Shown: in pieces, positions 62,402 through 64,000 of the stretch
Numbering within the stretch: position 1 is the stretch's first letter
How the letters are laid out: each line of letters starts with the position of its first letter
Origin: Hamiltosporidium tvaerminnensis FI-OER-3-3
Lineage: Eukaryota > Fungi > Microsporidia
Assembly: GCA_022605425.2 (NCBI GenBank)
Contig: CM061249.1
Location: 744,001 to 808,000 of the forward strand
Length of the DNA stretch: 64,000 nucleotides
Reading direction: 5' to 3'
The notes under the pieces: model-generated
The model's database searches: none
What the model saw: the letters and a program-made list of their open reading frames with translations, nothing else
What the model was told of the DNA's origin: nothing
Translations under genes and position numbers: made by a program

Positions 62402-63166
62402 ATGGATAGATCAAAAGAATTTATGGCAATTGTTACTTCTACTTTTATACCACAAAACTCTTTTAGAAATGCGTCTTCTCATTTCAAAGATTTCTTTATG
62501 CATCTAGAAAAAATATCTATAAATTTAAAAGAAATTGAAAAGGGATGCATAAATAAACACATTTATGAAGATTTTACGTTTCAAGAGAAAATAGAAACAA
62601 CGCAAATTTTAATTGAAGATTTAAAAAAAAATCTTTCAAATTTTATATTCGAAGCTAAAAATGAACAAGAAGAGTTAAATACTGAAAATATAAAAGAAAT
62701 GATAAGAAATCGGTTGTATAAAAATGCTATTCTATTATCAAAATATTTAAATCGAATAGAAAAACAAAAGAAAAATGAAAAATTGCGAAGAAATCGATTT
62801 TCTGCGGAACAAGAAAATAGAACCGTATCTGAAACTTCTGAAACGAATAATCAGTTACAAACTGAATTGTTAATAGAAGAAAATGAAATTCAAAATTTAA
62901 GAGAACGTGTAAGAGAAAATATAGCATTACAAATAAATGAACTTGGTCAAGTTGTTTCTGATATTTCTCTTCATGTTTCAATGCAAGGAGAGAATCTTAA
63001 ACGAATAGATGACTTAATGGGAGATTCAAGAGGCTTTGTACAAAAAAGTACCCATGAAATCAACAAAACATGGAATATGATTAGAAATAGAAGAAATACT
63101 TTTATAAAGTTTTTCGGATTTTGGATATTCTTAACCTTTGTTTTCTGGATTCTTAAAAAAATGTGA
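62402..63166 (+). CDS. SED5: Syntaxin-5/Sed5-like Qa-SNARE
   Basis: N-peptide MDRSKEF (DRTxEF type), SNARE motif INELGQV..I..HV.MQGE.L.RID, and a C-terminal TM helix. Confidence 0.85.
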   Translation: MDRSKEFMAIVTSTFIPQNSFRNASSHFKDFFMHLEKISINLKEIEKGCINKHIYEDFTFQEKIETTQILIEDLKKNLSNFIFEAKNEQEELNTENIKEMIRNRLYKNAILLSKYLNRIEKQKKNEKLRRNRFSAEQENRTVSETSETNNQLQTELLIEENEIQNLRERVRENIALQINELGQVVSDISLHVSMQGENLKRIDDLMGDSRGFVQKSTHEINKTWNMIRNRRNTFIKFFGFWIFLTFVFWILKKM

Positions 63167-64000
63167 TATTCTTAAAATAATATATTAATTAAATGCTAAA
63201 TTTATATAATTAATTCGTTGTCTTAATCATATTATTTAATTATAATTTAATTTTTTTTAAAAAATAAATGAGGTATAATCGTATTATAAGTTTAAAGCTT
63301 AAAAAAATTACAGTTTCTTTGAAAAAATGAAATCTGCAGAAACCTTATAACTGAAAAATATATCTTGGTCTATTTTAGAATTTTTATAATTCTACTTTAT
63401 AAAAATCATAATTTTATATTTTAGAGTTTTTGCTAGTCAGTTTAATTTGTGTATTTTAGAAAAACTAAGAAAGCTTTAAGTATCGGATTCTTTATTTGTA
63501 AAATACTGATTGTTCGAGCAATTTAAAACAATAATAAAATGGAATGGGTTTAAAGGCAAACCTCTTTTGAATTACCTATTTTTATTTATTTAAATATTAT
63601 TGGTTGCGTTTAAACTTGAACAATCCACGTATTTCCATAATGCATGTATGAGTCTTTTAAAACATAATTTTATAGATGTAAATTCGGTTTTTTTTCATTC
63701 TTCAATTTTATAGAACGATAAGATCTGCAGATACGAAAATAACGGACTGTTGGAATTAATTTAGATATCTATGATTGAATCCTTACCAAAATATCGATTT
63801 AAATCTTTTTTTTGGTAATTTTTATTTGATTTAGTGTCTGTTATCAAATTAAATCGGTTTATAAATAGAAAACATAACCAGATACATAAAAACATACTGT
63901 ATTGGTTCTTAAACGCAAAAATTTTAATTTTATAAGTCATAAATTTTAAAGATACCTTATTATGATATGATGTATATTATTTAAACAACAAACCCTGGTG

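Overview
Very AT-rich, gene-sparse eukaryotic DNA. The intron-less, shortened housekeeping genes have CCC/GGG motifs just upstream of the ATG. This points to a large-genome microsporidian (Hamiltosporidium-like; the taxon is an inference). Core genes: RRP8, SKI2, a PX-domain protein, tRNA-Thr(UGU), AspRS, pyruvate kinase, a USP-like protein, a Zip3/RNF212-like RING protein, an LRR protein, 6-phosphogluconate dehydrogenase and Sed5/syntaxin-5. Mobile DNA: a decayed piggyBac, an RLE-type (R4/Dong-like) non-LTR element with a 13-bp TSD, two Ginger-like integrase transposons, two short RTE-derived elements, five copies of a ~720-bp SINE-like family and a small MITE-like hairpin. The most unusual region is about 2.0-11.1 kb. 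There SKI2 is roughly doubled in length by repeat inserts built from the flip-flop motif AACA-GGG-TGTT / AACA-CCC-TGTT, with G units first and C units last, so most inserts can fold back on themselves. All five reading-frame lesions in SKI2 (four single extra bases and one TAA) fall inside such repeat segments, and every helicase motif is intact. This suggests the inserts may be removed or bypassed as non-canonical structured introns. Pseudogenisation and assembly error remain possible.
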